From Octopus vulgaris (lineage: Eukaryota): a DNA stretch of 64,000 nucleotides. Positions 13,775-26,826 of this stretch are shown here, piece by piece. Location: the NCBI GenBank assembly GCA_951406725.2, contig OX597819.1:51212001-51276000 (forward strand). The letters are read 5' to 3'. Numbering within the stretch: position 1 is the stretch's first letter; each line of letters opens with the position of its first letter. The notes under the pieces were generated by a model. That model was not told where the DNA came from. It saw nothing but the letters and a program-made list of their open reading frames with translations, and did not search any database. The position numbers and the translations under genes were made by a program.

Positions 13775-13857
<83 letters not shown>

Positions 13858-13862
13858 AAGAA
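13720..13862. repeat. Compound (AAT)n(GAT)n(AAT)n(AAG)n microsatellite
   Basis: Direct reading. Confidence 0.95.
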
Positions 13863-15329
13863 TCATAATAAATAATATATATATATATGCATATATGTGT
13901 ACAGGATGTCACCAACTGTGCAAGTAACATGAAATATGTAAAAACAGGACAAGCAAACACAGAGAAAGGACCCTTTATCAGTTGTCGGTTGTCTATCTAC
14001 TTCCCATTTCGAGTATATATTAACTATCAAAAGTCGGAAGAGCTCATGAGCAGTCAGCGGCCGTCCAACAATATGTGTACCTGTGTATGTAGGTGTGTAT
14101 GTATGCGCGGTGACGTGGAAACACCTGGATTGGTGTCCAAGCGCGTGGTTGGCCCACTGAGAGTGGGAGGCCCTTCTACTGTTGTCACAACATCTCTCTA
14201 GGAGAGGGATACTCTGAGAGAGAACCTGCGACGCTGATAATATTCGATAATGTAGACTAGTTCTTTTCGAGTTTATGTTGTCCATGCTTAGAAAGGGGGA
14301 CTGCATTTGTGCAAATCCTATCCCCATTATATAAAAAAAATCATAATGCACAGGCATCGCTTGAAAATAAGCAGTAAGATATATCACAAAAATGGCTACT
14401 AGTACCCTGCGCATGTGAGGGACCTTCGATCAGCCGATGGCAATACTCGATACGAGTTTGCAGCCATTTCGTATAACCCAGTTGAGCGTATTGGATGGAA
14501 GCTGTACGTTGTGTTTTTGTCTGTTTGTGTCATTGTATACTTCTGTACTTTTAAAAGGTATGTGTGTTTTCTAATATGGAGTTTGGACTCTGAGTCACGA
14601 CCTACTCATATTTAAAGTATAGAATTGTGTACATTCATTTTCATAACACTTTGGTTTCAACCAATATCTAACTGACTTACAACCCTTTTTATCAACTATT
14701 ATTTCCATATCCCTCTCATCTGTTCTCTTTCCCATTGCATTCCTGTCTTTCTTCCTTTTTTTCTATTTCTGGCATTTATTTATTTATTTACTCATTTCGC
14801 TTCGATTATGATATTGTTTTAAATTGTTACATTTTTGCTTTGTCCCTATTATAGATGTCCTAATCATTGTCTTCTTTCTTTCTATATTTTGTTTTCTTTC
14901 CTCCAGCTTCGTAGTTTCCTCTCTATTTTTTCTCCAGTTTTCCTCTGTCTCTTCCTTTCTTTTATTTCATTTTTACTATATTTTCTTCTCTATCTATCTC
15001 TCATTCCCCCTCTCGCTGTTCTTAGTTCCTCTTTTTCTTTCTCAACCAATTGCTTTTCGACTTTTTTCTTTCAAAATATTTTATAAATTGCTTCATCATC
15101 AACCCAACTCTTGACATTAGTTCTCTGTAACTTATTAAAATAAAGTGTTCCTGCACTAGAAACACCCAGTGCAGGGCTCCAAGAAGCCATAATGGTGAAA
15201 CGTACGTATGGACTAGTAACATAAACTTGCGTTTATCCTAATTTCTCCTACATTTGCTCTATATTCCATAATCGATCATACTATTAAATATAACAGTTAC
15301 TTCACCATTATACAGGAAGCCAAATGGAC

Positions 15330-15551
15330 AATGATAATGTACGTAGAGCAGCTCTTTTTTGGGCCTCTTTGCGAAATGTGATTTCATCTGATGTCTAAGA
15401 TAAAATCTTGTCCAGATATTCTTTGAAGACTTCCATATCTACATTTCGCAAATCTCTGGGTTTGTTTGGAAGAATCTTGAACAGATGTGGGACCTTGAAA
15501 TTGGAACCGTTATAATATTGGGTCCTTATTCGAGATGGAGAGGGTGATTTC

Positions 15552-15560
<9 letters not shown>
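15330..15560 (-). mobile_element. Old CR1-like LINE 3' remnant
   Basis: Minus translation SRIRTQYYNGSNFKVPHLFKILPNKPRDLRNVDMEVFKEYLDKILS*TSDE resembles the CR1 ORF2 C-terminus (..LFN.LP......FK..LD.....PDE). Confidence 0.6.
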
Positions 15561-15595
<35 letters not shown>

Positions 15596-15709
15596 ATCTA
15601 TCTATCTGTCTTTCATTTCTCTTTCTTTCTCTCTTTCTCTCTACACACACATATATATATACATATGTACATACATACATATATAGATATATATAGGATA
15701 TATTGATAC

Positions 15710-15761
<52 letters not shown>

Positions 15762-15914
15762 GTATATCTATATCTATCTATATATATATATGGATAGATA
15801 AATAGATAGATAGATAGAGAGAGAGAGAGAGAGGGACAGACAGACAAGTAGATAGGTAGGTAGACACACACTCTCATATACACGCACACACACACACATA
15901 TATATATAGATGCA

Positions 15915-15989
<75 letters not shown>

Positions 15990-16014
15990 ATATATATGTA
16001 TATATATGTATATA

Positions 16015-16066
<52 letters not shown>

Positions 16067-16736
16067 GGTACATACATACATGCCATACAAATTTCTAATT
16101 AACGATTAAAAAATAATAGAATTTACAGAAACAAATCTATATTTCATGTTCATAAAAATTAAATAATTTTAATTTTAATTAGAATTTAAATAGTTCAACA
16201 TTGATTTGCTTTCTCGATAAAAAGCATTAATTCCCTTGTGAACTTGTGTCAACGATTATGTTAACAATACAAACTTTAAAGCTATTCACCAGTGATCACA
16301 TGTCCACTAATAGTTCTACAACTTACGTTATAATTATTAATTATTTTCACTCTATCGATTCAATTATTCTAGATAAAAGAGCTGGTTGGCAATTTCTCAT
16401 TAAAACATATAAGTTTTCCTTTGTATTTTAATTTTTTCATTTTTTTTTTACTTTTTACTTTTTATCATATTTTATTTATTTGTTGTTTTTTTTGTTGTTT
16501 TTTTTTGTTGTTTTTATGTTTTCGTTTTCTTTTTTTTTTGTAATTTCTGCATGAAATTATAATCAGGAATCAATAGGATATTAATCCAGGTGACATGTTT
16601 GTTTGAAAATGAAATTAAATCGATAAAAAAACGATGGCATTTGATATTGTTTCCGCCAGTTTTAGCTGAAATGTATTCATATGTAGTATTCACGCATGTC
16701 TAACAATATATTTGTATGTATTTATGCTTGATTTTG

Positions 16737-16819
<83 letters not shown>

Positions 16820-17139
16820 GTCTGTCTGTCTGTCTGTCTCTCTGTCTGTCTGGCTCTCTGTCTGTCTGTCTGTCTGCCCAGCTCTCTGTCTGTATATGCC
16901 GGACGAATGAGCAGAGTGTGCCTAATACATGTAAAGGATTTATTTTGTTTTTGTTTTTTATAAAAACTAATGCTGAGAGTTTGTCTCGTGAGTCGAGTTT
17001 CACTCTATCGCATTCGCGTGAAGATCGTGTCGCCAGAAAAATCTGTGATTCAGTTTCAATAACATACATCCACCCATACATATATATACATTATATATTA
17101 TATTGAATTGTATATATATATATATATAAAAGAAGCTTT

Positions 17140-17251
17140 TGCGTAATGAGATAAAAAAAAACTAAGGCTGTGTAGATATTTGAACATTTATATATAGAAG
17201 GTCTTACAGCTGTTTCCAGGATATTTAATCATTATATCCCCTCGTCGGAGA
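17140..17251 (-). mobile_element. Short TA-associated element with compact hammerhead motif (17202-17251)
   Basis: Minus: TCT-CCGACGA-GGGGATAT-AATGATTAA-ATATCCTG-GAAA-CAGCTG-TA-AGA (U4 to C). The flank TAATGAGATAAAAAAAAA..AAGGCT.TGTA..GAACATTTATA recurs at ~39275-39330. Confidence 0.55.
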
Positions 17252-17930
17252 TGGTGTGAGAGGATGGTTAAGTAATAATTAATTTATATGGGATATAAAA
17301 CAGAGAGTGAGGTGGAGGAAAGAAAATAGGTGATATATATATATATATATATATATTAATAAATGAAATAAAACATATGCATATATATAAACATATATGT
17401 ACGTACCTATCTCTACATGTACATATACACGCATATATGAGTACAGGACACCAAAGGGATGTCGAACACAAAGAGAAACGAAAACATAGACACAAACCAA
17501 AGGAACTGGACATTTTTTTAAAAACAACAAAAAATGGAGTACAGGACAATTAACACAAAGAAAAAACCCCTTCTTCAGTCGCTATGGTTTCATCTACTCT
17601 ACGTTTCGAAGGATAAAAGCGAGACGTATCTTCAAGAAACTTTCCTTCCTGCGAAAAGCAAATCAATTAAAATTCTGAGATCTTTTCGCAGAGGGGTAAA
17701 AAATGGTAAAAAATGGTAAAAAAAACAGGACAGTAACGACAGTACAAAAATATAAACAGTAAAAGACAGGACAGGGAAAAACAAGATAAGAAGGGCTGTT
17801 GACGCCGAACGAAAAAAGTATTGCAAACGCAGAATTTTTTGTGAACGACAGGGGAGCAGGAAGAATGTCGTCCAGTTACCTTGAAAGGCCAGGCCAGAAA
17901 GACAGTCAGAGCGGAAGTATCGTCGCGGGT

Positions 17931-18310
17931 GGACGGCGAGCTGGCAGAAACATTAGCACGCCGGGCGAAATGCTTAGCAGTATTTCGTCTGCCGTTATAT
18001 TCTGAGTTCACATTCCGCCTAGGTCGACTTTGCCTTTCATACTTTCGGGGTCGATTAAATGAATACTAGTTACTCACTGGAGTCTATGTAATCGACTTAA
18101 TCCCTCTGTTTGTCCTCTGTGGGCACTAAAAAATATATAAACATACGATATATATATATGTATATGTTTGTGTGTCTGTGTTTGTCTCCCCCACCCCCAC
18201 CACCGCTTGACAACTGATGCTGATCGGTTCGGCAAAGAGACTGATAGAGTAAGTACTAAGCATACAAAGAATATGTCCTGGGGGCGATTTGTGCAACTAA
18301 AAGGCAGTTG
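17931..18310 (+). mobile_element. SINE family A (17931-18135) followed by the 3' half of SINE family B
   Basis: GGCGAGCTGGCAGAAACATTAGCACGCCGGGCGAAATGCTTAGC..., then GTGTCTGTGTTTGTC...CTTGACAAC...GATAGAGTAAGTACTA...CTGGGGGCGATTTG. Confidence 0.8.
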
Positions 18311-18627
18311 ATCAAATTTCGAAATCACGTTATAAGCTTTTATCAAACTACTTCATTCTGTGAGTGTATCTCACCGATGGAAGATGCTGTGGCTTGCTGC
18401 TGGCAGTTCCGAATATTTCTCGAGGTGCTTTTGTATCATTGTTCAAATTAAATTTTGGCTCTCATTTCTAGTAATTGTAGGTGCTATTTTGCACCCTCGT
18501 TTATTTATTTTACCTTTTTGTTCGTAATTGCTATAGCCACCTATATTATAATGTATTCAATGTATTTTAATATATTAATATATTATTATAATAGATTATT
18601 GCATGTTAAAAAATATATATGCATGTA

Positions 18628-18703
<76 letters not shown>

Positions 18704-18766
18704 CCCAGCATGGCCACAGCTCATGAGCTGAAACTAGAATCAATCAATCAATCATATATACATAAA

Positions 18767-18846
<80 letters not shown>

Positions 18847-18877
18847 GTGTGTGTATACGTACATATATATATATATA

Positions 18878-18955
<78 letters not shown>

Positions 18956-18983
18956 CATGTATATACAAAGAGAGAGAGAGAAG

Positions 18984-19027
<44 letters not shown>

Positions 19028-19030
19028 TGT

Positions 19031-19176
19031 AGGTGCAGGCATAGCTTTATGTTAGAAGCTTGCTTCCCAGCCACATGATTCCGGGTTCAACCCCACTGCA
19101 TGGCACCTTGGGCAAGTGTCTTCTACTATAGCCTTGTGAGTGGATTTGGTAGAAGGAAACTGAGAAGCCCGTTGTA

Positions 19177-19274
<98 letters not shown>

Positions 19275-19951
19275 CATGTTTGTGTGTGTGTGCGTGTGTG
19301 TATGTATGTGTTAGTATGTTTGGGTGTGTATGTATGCGTCTTTGTGTCTGTGTTTGTCCCCTCATCACAGCTTGACAACCGGTGTTGTTGTGACTTAGCA
19401 GTTCAGCATAACAGACCGATAAATCAAGTAGTAGGCTCCGAAGCAAAAAAAAAAGGCCTTAAAACTCTTCAAAGCAGTGCTCCAGTATGGCCGCAGCTAT
19501 AACTGAAACAATTAAAAGAATAAGAGAATAAATAGATGTATATTCTTTTACTCCCTTTTTCATTATTTGACTGCGGCCATGCTAGAGCACCGCCTTTATT
19601 CGAAGAAATGGAACCCCAGGACTTATTCTTTGTAAGCCTAGTACTTATTCTATCGGTCAGCATCTGTTGTCAAGCTATGGCAGTGAGCGGAGCGGCAAAC
19701 ACAGGCACATACACAAATATCCATACGTACACACATATATATAGTATAGGCCCAGGAGTGGCTGTGTGGTAAGTAGCTTGCTTACCAACTACATGGTTTC
19801 TCTCACTGCGTGGCACCTTGGGCAAGTGTCTTTTACTACAGCCTTGGGCTGACCAAAGACTTGCGAGTGGAATTTAGTAGACGGAAACTGAAAGAAGCCC
19901 GTCGTATATATGTCTATATATATGTGTGTGTGTGTGACTGTGTGTGTGTGT

Positions 19952-19988
<37 letters not shown>

Positions 19989-20157
19989 TATATGTTTGTG
20001 CGTCTGTGTTTGTTCCTGTAACTTAGCGATTCGGCAAAAGAGACCGATAGAATAAGAACTAGGCTTACAAAGAATATATTCTGGGGTCGATTTGCTCGAC
20101 GAAAGGCAGTGCTCCAGTATGGCCGCAGTCAAATGACTGAAACAAGTAAAAGATAAA

Positions 20158-20199
<42 letters not shown>

Positions 20200-20370
20200 G
20201 ACAGGCTTCTTTCAGTTTCCGTCTGTCCAATCCACTCAGAAAGCTTTGTTCGGCTTCAAGTAGAAAACATTTGCCCATTGTGTGTATGCGTCTTTGTTCT
20301 GCGTTCAGTGAGACTGAACGCGGAACCATGGGTTGGGAAGCAAGCTTCTTAGCACACAGCCACAACTACG
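19031..20370. mobile_element. Cluster of four SINE family B copies: + 19031-19530, - ~19545-19700 (3' part), + 19748-20160, - ~20195-20370 (5' part)
   Basis: Motifs GGAGTGGCTGTGTGG, GGCACCTTGGGCAAGTGTCTT, GGAAACTGAAAGAAGCCCGTCG and GCTCCAG.ATGGCCGCAGTCAAAT occur in both orientations. Confidence 0.85.
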
Positions 20371-20389
20371 CACATACACTCACACATAG

Positions 20390-20430
<41 letters not shown>

Positions 20431-20929
20431 CGATTTTTGTATATAAATATACATATATATACGTGTATATGTATAAACATGTGTGTGTGCATGTGTGTGT
20501 GTGCATGTGTGTGTGTGTTTGTGTGTGTAGATATATGAATAATGATTTTATGCATATATATAGTATATAAGTGTTTGTGCATATGTGTGTTGCTGTATGC
20601 AATGTGCAGTGTGCATGTTTTATTTGTATACAGAAGAAGAGATGTGCAACTAAATAAATTTACATGACAAAGCATATTTACAGAAGGATTACGCAACCGT
20701 TTCTTGTAAGACAGTTGTTAATAATTAGCTTACAATTAAATTAGCTTCGTTAATTAACGCCGAGGTACTCTATTTTTCTTTGTTTCTCTTTGTCATACCC
20801 TTCGAGTATTAATTTAATATCCCTAATTTAACAGCTCAAAAATAGCACATCTCTTAACTTACTCCAAGTCATTATCACGTTCGTTCTTTCAAATAAACAA
20901 CATTTCCAAGAAGCTCGCATTTTATGCTG

Positions 20930-21088
20930 TTATGATGATGATGATGATGACGACGTCGACGTCGAGGGCGACGACTACTACTACTACGACGACGACGACG
21001 ATGATAATGATGATGATGTCATCGATGACGAAGACAACGATGACGGCGATGACGACGACGACGACAATGACGATGATGACGATGACGT

Positions 21089-21120
<32 letters not shown>

Positions 21121-21650
21121 TTGATGATGATGATGATGATGTTGATGACTCTAATGATGATGTTGATGACTCTGATGATGATGATGATGATGATAATGAT
21201 GATGATGATGATGATGATGATGGTGATGACGATGTTGATGAAGCTGATGATGATGATGAAGAGGAGGGGGAGGAAGCAGAACAGGAGGAAGCGGAGCAGG
21301 AGGAAGAGGGAGAGTAGTAGCAGAAGGATGGTGTTGATGCAGATAACGATGATGATCTCGATGGCGTTGATGATAACACTGATGATGATGATGATGATGA
21401 TGATAATCATGATGATGAAGAGGAGGAGGAGGAGGAGGAAGCGGAGGAGGGGAAGGAGCTGAGCAGGAGGATGACGGGGAGTAGCAGGATGATGGTGCTG
21501 ATGAGGATTACGATGATGATCTCGATGACGTTGATGATAACTGGTGATTATGATGATGATGATGATGATGATAATGTTGATGACGATGACAATGATGGTG
21601 ATGATGACGATGATGACGATGATGACGAGAATGACGATGATAACGATAAT
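20930..21650. repeat. Degenerate (GAT/GAC/GAG)n trinucleotide array
   Basis: Direct reading; contains an internal ~160 bp tandem duplication. Confidence 0.9.
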
Positions 21651-22089
21651 CTTGCTGACAACGTGGATGTCGATACAAATAAAAGGAAAGATGTAATAAA
21701 AGGAAAGATGTGAAGGAATGAGAATCTTAGCAACAACAACTACAACAACAACAACAACAGCTATAACATTTTCTCCTGAATCACTAATATCTTTGTTCTC
21801 TGTAAATACGTCTCAAGAAGTTTTCCTCATTTGAAATGATAATTTCTTGCATATTTGGCAGTAAATATTATCTTGAGGCTGTAAAATATCTATTGAAATC
21901 GTCTATTGTGGTCGTACTTGGATGTGCAGTCAAGATGTTTGGTTCTATTTTGGTTAATAAGATTCAAAACAGTGACAAGGGCATTTAGCTAAACGATAAA
22001 CACGAAGAAATATCTTATGTTTAGGGTCAAGCCGAGATCGTACATCCAATCACTGCAACGAGTGGGACTTGGGATAAGAATAATTAAGG

Positions 22090-22880
22090 AGAGGGAGGGA
22101 GGGAGAGGGTGGAAAAGCGTGAGAAAGTGTGTGAGAGAGAGAGAAAGAAAGAAAGAAAGAAAGAAAGAAGAAAAGAAGAAGAGAGAAAGAATGAAAGAAA
22201 GAAAGAAGAAAAGGGAGACAGAAAGAGGAAAGGTAAGAAAGACAGAAGGAAAGGAAAAAGAAAGAAGAAAAAGAGGAAGAAAGAAAGAATGAAAGAAAAG
22301 AAGAAACAAGCAAACAGAAAGAAATATAGAAAGAAAGAAACAAACAAAGAAAGACAGAGTGAGAGAGAGAAATAAAGAAAGAAAGAAAGAGAGAGAGAAA
22401 GAAAAGAAGAAAGAAAGAGAAAAAGAAAGACAAAAGAAAGAAAGAAAGAAAGAAAGAAGGAAAGAAAGAAAGAGAGAGAGAAAGAAAGAGAGAGAAAAAG
22501 AAGAAAGAAAGAAAGAGAGAAACAAAAGAAGAAAGAAAGAGATAAAGAAAAAAGAAAGAAAGAAAGAAAAAAAGAAAGAAGGAAAGAAAGAAAGAGAGAG
22601 AGAAAAAGTAGAAAAAATGAAGAAAGAAAGAAAGAAAGAGAGAGAGAAAGAAAGGAAGAAAGAAAGAGAGAAAGAAGAAAGAAAGAAAGAAAGAAGGAAA
22701 GAAAGAAAGAAAGAAAGAAAGAAAGAGAGAAAGAAAGAGAGAAAAAGAAGAAAGAAAGGAAGAAAGAAAGAAAGAAAGAAAGACAGAGAAAGAGAGTGAG
22801 AAAGAAAGCAAGAAAGGAAGAAATAAAGAAAAGATAGCGAAAGAAATGTTGGAAGATGAGAAAGAAAAGAAGAAAAAGTA
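22090..22880. repeat. (AAAG)n-rich polypurine tract
   Basis: Direct reading. Confidence 0.95.
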
Positions 22881-24529
22881 GGTAAGAAAGAGCGGACAGG
22901 ATAAAATGAGATGTGAAAGGAAAGGAGAGAATGATTGTGGGAGAGAATAGAGGGTGTTGTGTAGATGTGACGCGTGCATTGTATGGTGTACCTATTTTAG
23001 AAGAAAAGAACGCTGGTCAGTCTAGCGTGGTTCACTACCAAATCGTAGTCTTGCTTGAATGGTCGTCAATGTGTAAATTGTAGTTATTAACAAAAGCGGA
23101 ATGATTGAGGAAACTCGTTCAAAAGAAGAAGCCATGTGAAATAAAAACGACGAATTTACCATCGTGGAATGGAAGCTTTGTAGAATCGATAGCGTTTTAT
23201 AAAGTGGGTTAGCTCGGTTTTAGATAAGAAATATAGATGTCGCACAGGCTACATGGATAATCCACTGTAAATATATTGAATGGATTCTTTTGTTCAATTG
23301 AAGGAAACTTCAATGTGTTTTGTGGACAATTGGACGGTGGGTGGGAAAAGGGGGAAACGGTAGGGAAACTGGAGTTTGTTGTTGTGTTGTTATCGTTGTT
23401 GTTATTGTTGTTATTGCTGTTTTTCTTTCTCTTAATGATGGCGAGAATGGTGTTGAATATGGCCGTCACAAGGTGGTTTAAAAGCAGAACAGACAATGCT
23501 ATTTAAATTTACTCTGTCTCTATCATTACCTTTAAAATCGAATTAAATTTTCCGGTTTTCTCAAGCATATACGATTGATTACTGGACAAATTAAAAAAAA
23601 AATTCTTTTTTTTTTCCCTTGAATAAGCTGAATAAAATAAGAAAGACATTTTGGTATGATAGTTATTGAAGAGAAATAGAAGAAAGCTATAAAAGCTATC
23701 AATGGTCAAATTGATAGCATAGGTTTGAGATAAAAGAGATTTCTTTCATTGAACCGTTGATCTCGACCTTCATCATTCCATCACCCCACATCACCTACGC
23801 TTAATCCAACTCCTACAACCCACCTACCGCTCGACGAAATTAATTCTGTGTTTCATAACTAAGTGAAGAACCTGAAAGCGCAGTCCTTATCACGGTTTGC
23901 TACTTAATTATGATATCTTTTCTAGATAAATCCTCAGTACCTTTTACACTCACACTTGCTTTCATCGCTATCTTACTTTCTCTTTCAAAAGTAACCAACC
24001 GTTTCTATTCATTTCCAGACTCACAGAAGCATTTGGCGTATTTTTGGAAATCAAGGAAACTCATTCACTGATTACTCGATGCTATCTAGATAAGCTGGCT
24101 CTGTTAGACCGTATAATATGCATCTATAGAAGTGGAAACTGAAAGAATGCTCGGCCAGAATAAGCTGAAGCGGTTCCTTTGACTGTCCCCTTTCTCTCCA
24201 CCTTCCTCCACCTTGAAAAACCTTTTCTCCCCTTTCTTTCTTTTGCTCTTTCTAGCTTTCAGCTAACTATCTGTGACTGCTTTGTTGTGATATCTGATTA
24301 CATATGTCATTGATAAATTAAAAGCTTGCGTTACTTATTATTATTGTTGAGACCAGTAAATCGCTCTTAGACATCCACATTCGGTTTATTGTGTCATTAT
24401 GGAATCGGCGACTAAGAAAGACAGCATTTACTTCTTGTAATATCCCCAATCACCCCCCCCCACCACACACACACCGGTTCCCCTTGCCATCTTTCACCAT
24501 CACCACCCCCACTGTCTTTCATCATATCA

Positions 24530-24634
24530 CTACAATTATTATTGTTATAATCATCATCATCATCATCATCATTATTATTCTTGTCCTTGTTCTTGTTGCT
24601 GTTGTTCTTTTTCTCCACCAAGTCCTCCTCATTA

Positions 24635-24704
<70 letters not shown>

Positions 24705-24735
24705 CATCAATATTAATATTATTACTATCAATATC

Positions 24736-24767
<32 letters not shown>

Positions 24768-24768
24768 T

Positions 24769-24819
<51 letters not shown>

Positions 24820-24850
24820 GTCATTACCATCAGCGTTATCATCATTAGTT
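24530..24850. repeat. (ATT)n/(ATC)n compound microsatellite
   Basis: Direct reading. Confidence 0.95.
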
Positions 24851-24907
24851 TTGAGGTACAGCCTTTGTCTTTTGAAAATTTGATTACTGTCTGAGAGGAG
24901 TGTGTGA

Positions 24908-24938
<31 letters not shown>

Positions 24939-25227
24939 TGTGTGTGTGAATGCTGATATGTTTGAGTGCGTGCATGTGTGTGCGTGTGCGTCTATGTGTG
25001 TGGAAATGACTCCATCCGTAGCAATAGTGGTAATAGGAGTCTTCGACAATGGTGAATGTAATTCGGCCACATAAATAATGAATTTGAAGATTTTGCAAAG
25101 AAAAATAAAATAAATAAATATATAAAATAAAATAAAGAAGACAATTCAAATAACGTCTACAGTATCAGATACAAAAAGGTAATGGTATGATATATATATA
25201 TATATATATTTATATATGTATATGTCT

Positions 25228-25420
25228 TCTATTATATAAAAATCCGTTCTGTCTGTGTGTGTGTGTGTGTGTCTTCTCGGATCTTGGGCATCCTCCATCC
25301 GATTGCGCTCAGATTTCATATGTAGATACCGACAGAATCTGGGCGTGTATAAGACTTGAAAAAATTACAAAAATCGATTCCAGGTGAGAATACGATCGAT
25401 AAAGCCGTTTTTGTCCTGCT
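25228..25420 (+). mobile_element. Non-autonomous Helitron/Helentron (DINE-1-like) 5' region
   Basis: TCTATTATATAAAA start, then TCTGTCTGTGTG microsatellite and CCGATTGCGCTCAGATTT, a layout typical of non-autonomous rolling-circle elements; the 3' end was not identified. Confidence 0.45.
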
Positions 25421-25670
25421 TTTCTTCCGTCAACCTGTACATAACTGCACCTTCCATTTTTATTGGTTTTGTACTGCTTAAAATACGTTTCTTTCCTGCC
25501 AAGCTTACTGTTTAAACCATGTTTGTGTTCTCCCAGCCAACAGCCTTATCATTACTGGTACTTTAAACTCTTCGGTTGCATATTTGTGAGAATAAAATCG
25601 TTTTTCTTTGGAATAGAAAAAAGTCTATCTTTATTTCTTCTTTTGCTAGTGTCTCAAATTTAGGTTAAAT

Positions 25671-25730
25671 CAGTGTTTCTCAAAGGGAAGGCCTATGGGA
25701 CGGTCGGAGAGTTTGTTTTGAGAAAATTTG
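25671..25730. mobile_element. 60 bp hAT (Charlie-like) mini-MITE
   Basis: TIRs CAGTGTTTCTCAAA / TTTGAGAAAATTTG, flanked by 8-mers GGTTAAAT / GTTTAAAT (7/8 TSD, central TA). Confidence 0.55.
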
Positions 25731-25790
25731 GTTTAAATGTTTGACAACTCAGCACCGTCCATTGGACGGGGGGCGTTTTGCTCGTATATA

Positions 25791-25822
<32 letters not shown>

Positions 25823-25865
25823 CACGATATATATACATGATATATATGTGTGTGTGTGTGTAAAG

Positions 25866-26774
25866 GTAAAATTGCCACCAATGAAACTAGAGGAATAAGA
25901 GACAGATGTGAGGCAAATTACAACAGGTAGACAAATATTTTTAAAAGTCAGTACAAAATGGGAACACAAAAAACTAACATAGAAAGTTATGCGCAGTGCA
26001 TTGTACGCCGAAAAAGGGAAATGGAAAAATAGTTAGTCTGAGGTTTTGCGGAAACACATTCTCATGGTAGAGTAAGAAAGAAAGAAGCCGAAGGAAAAAA
26101 ATAAAGAGCCAAGAAAAGAAACAATGTCTGTTTAAAGCACGTGTGCAAAGAAAGCAGTGATATTACTTAGTGAATCAAAGAACAACGAATATTTCAACGT
26201 ACCTTCTAAGGCAAATCTCGAAGTGGCTTTTTCTGGTGTGTGGCAGGTGTGTTACGTGGGACAGGCGAAGAGTGTGGGACGGTGAGTCAGCGCAATGTCC
26301 TACAATGAGGCGAAAATGTGCAGGTGAAAGCAAGGAACATTGGTGAGGATGGGGCATTTACGGTTGAGTATGATGTTCACAAAGAAGTTTATGGTGGCTG
26401 CGAATGCCTGAACCGGAAAATAATATTACTCGAGTTTGCATGGACTTCTAAATATCAATGATACTCGAGGAATATAGAACCCTATCGTGTGTTTATTACT
26501 CAAGTGGGAGGAGCAGGATGTGCAAAGCAGAAAACACAATTACAGAAAGTTTTCAATTTAGAAAAAGAAAAGAAGAAAGACGAAGGGATTTTCACACAAC
26601 AGCAGAATCAAGATCAACCGCAGATCTCATAGGCGATGCTCACAGTGAAGTAAGATGACGTTGTTGTTGGATGTGACTCTGCTTCCTAGAATAGTCAGCA
26701 ATGAAAATTAAATCAACAGTAATCAACAGTACCATCCAGTTTAGCGAAAGCTATGTCTTTAAGTAAATGGCACC

Positions 26775-26826
<52 letters not shown>

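Noticed and set aside
13863-14414. 183 aa minus-strand ORF
   Set aside because: No recognisable motif; overlaps repeat-derived and microsatellite sequence.
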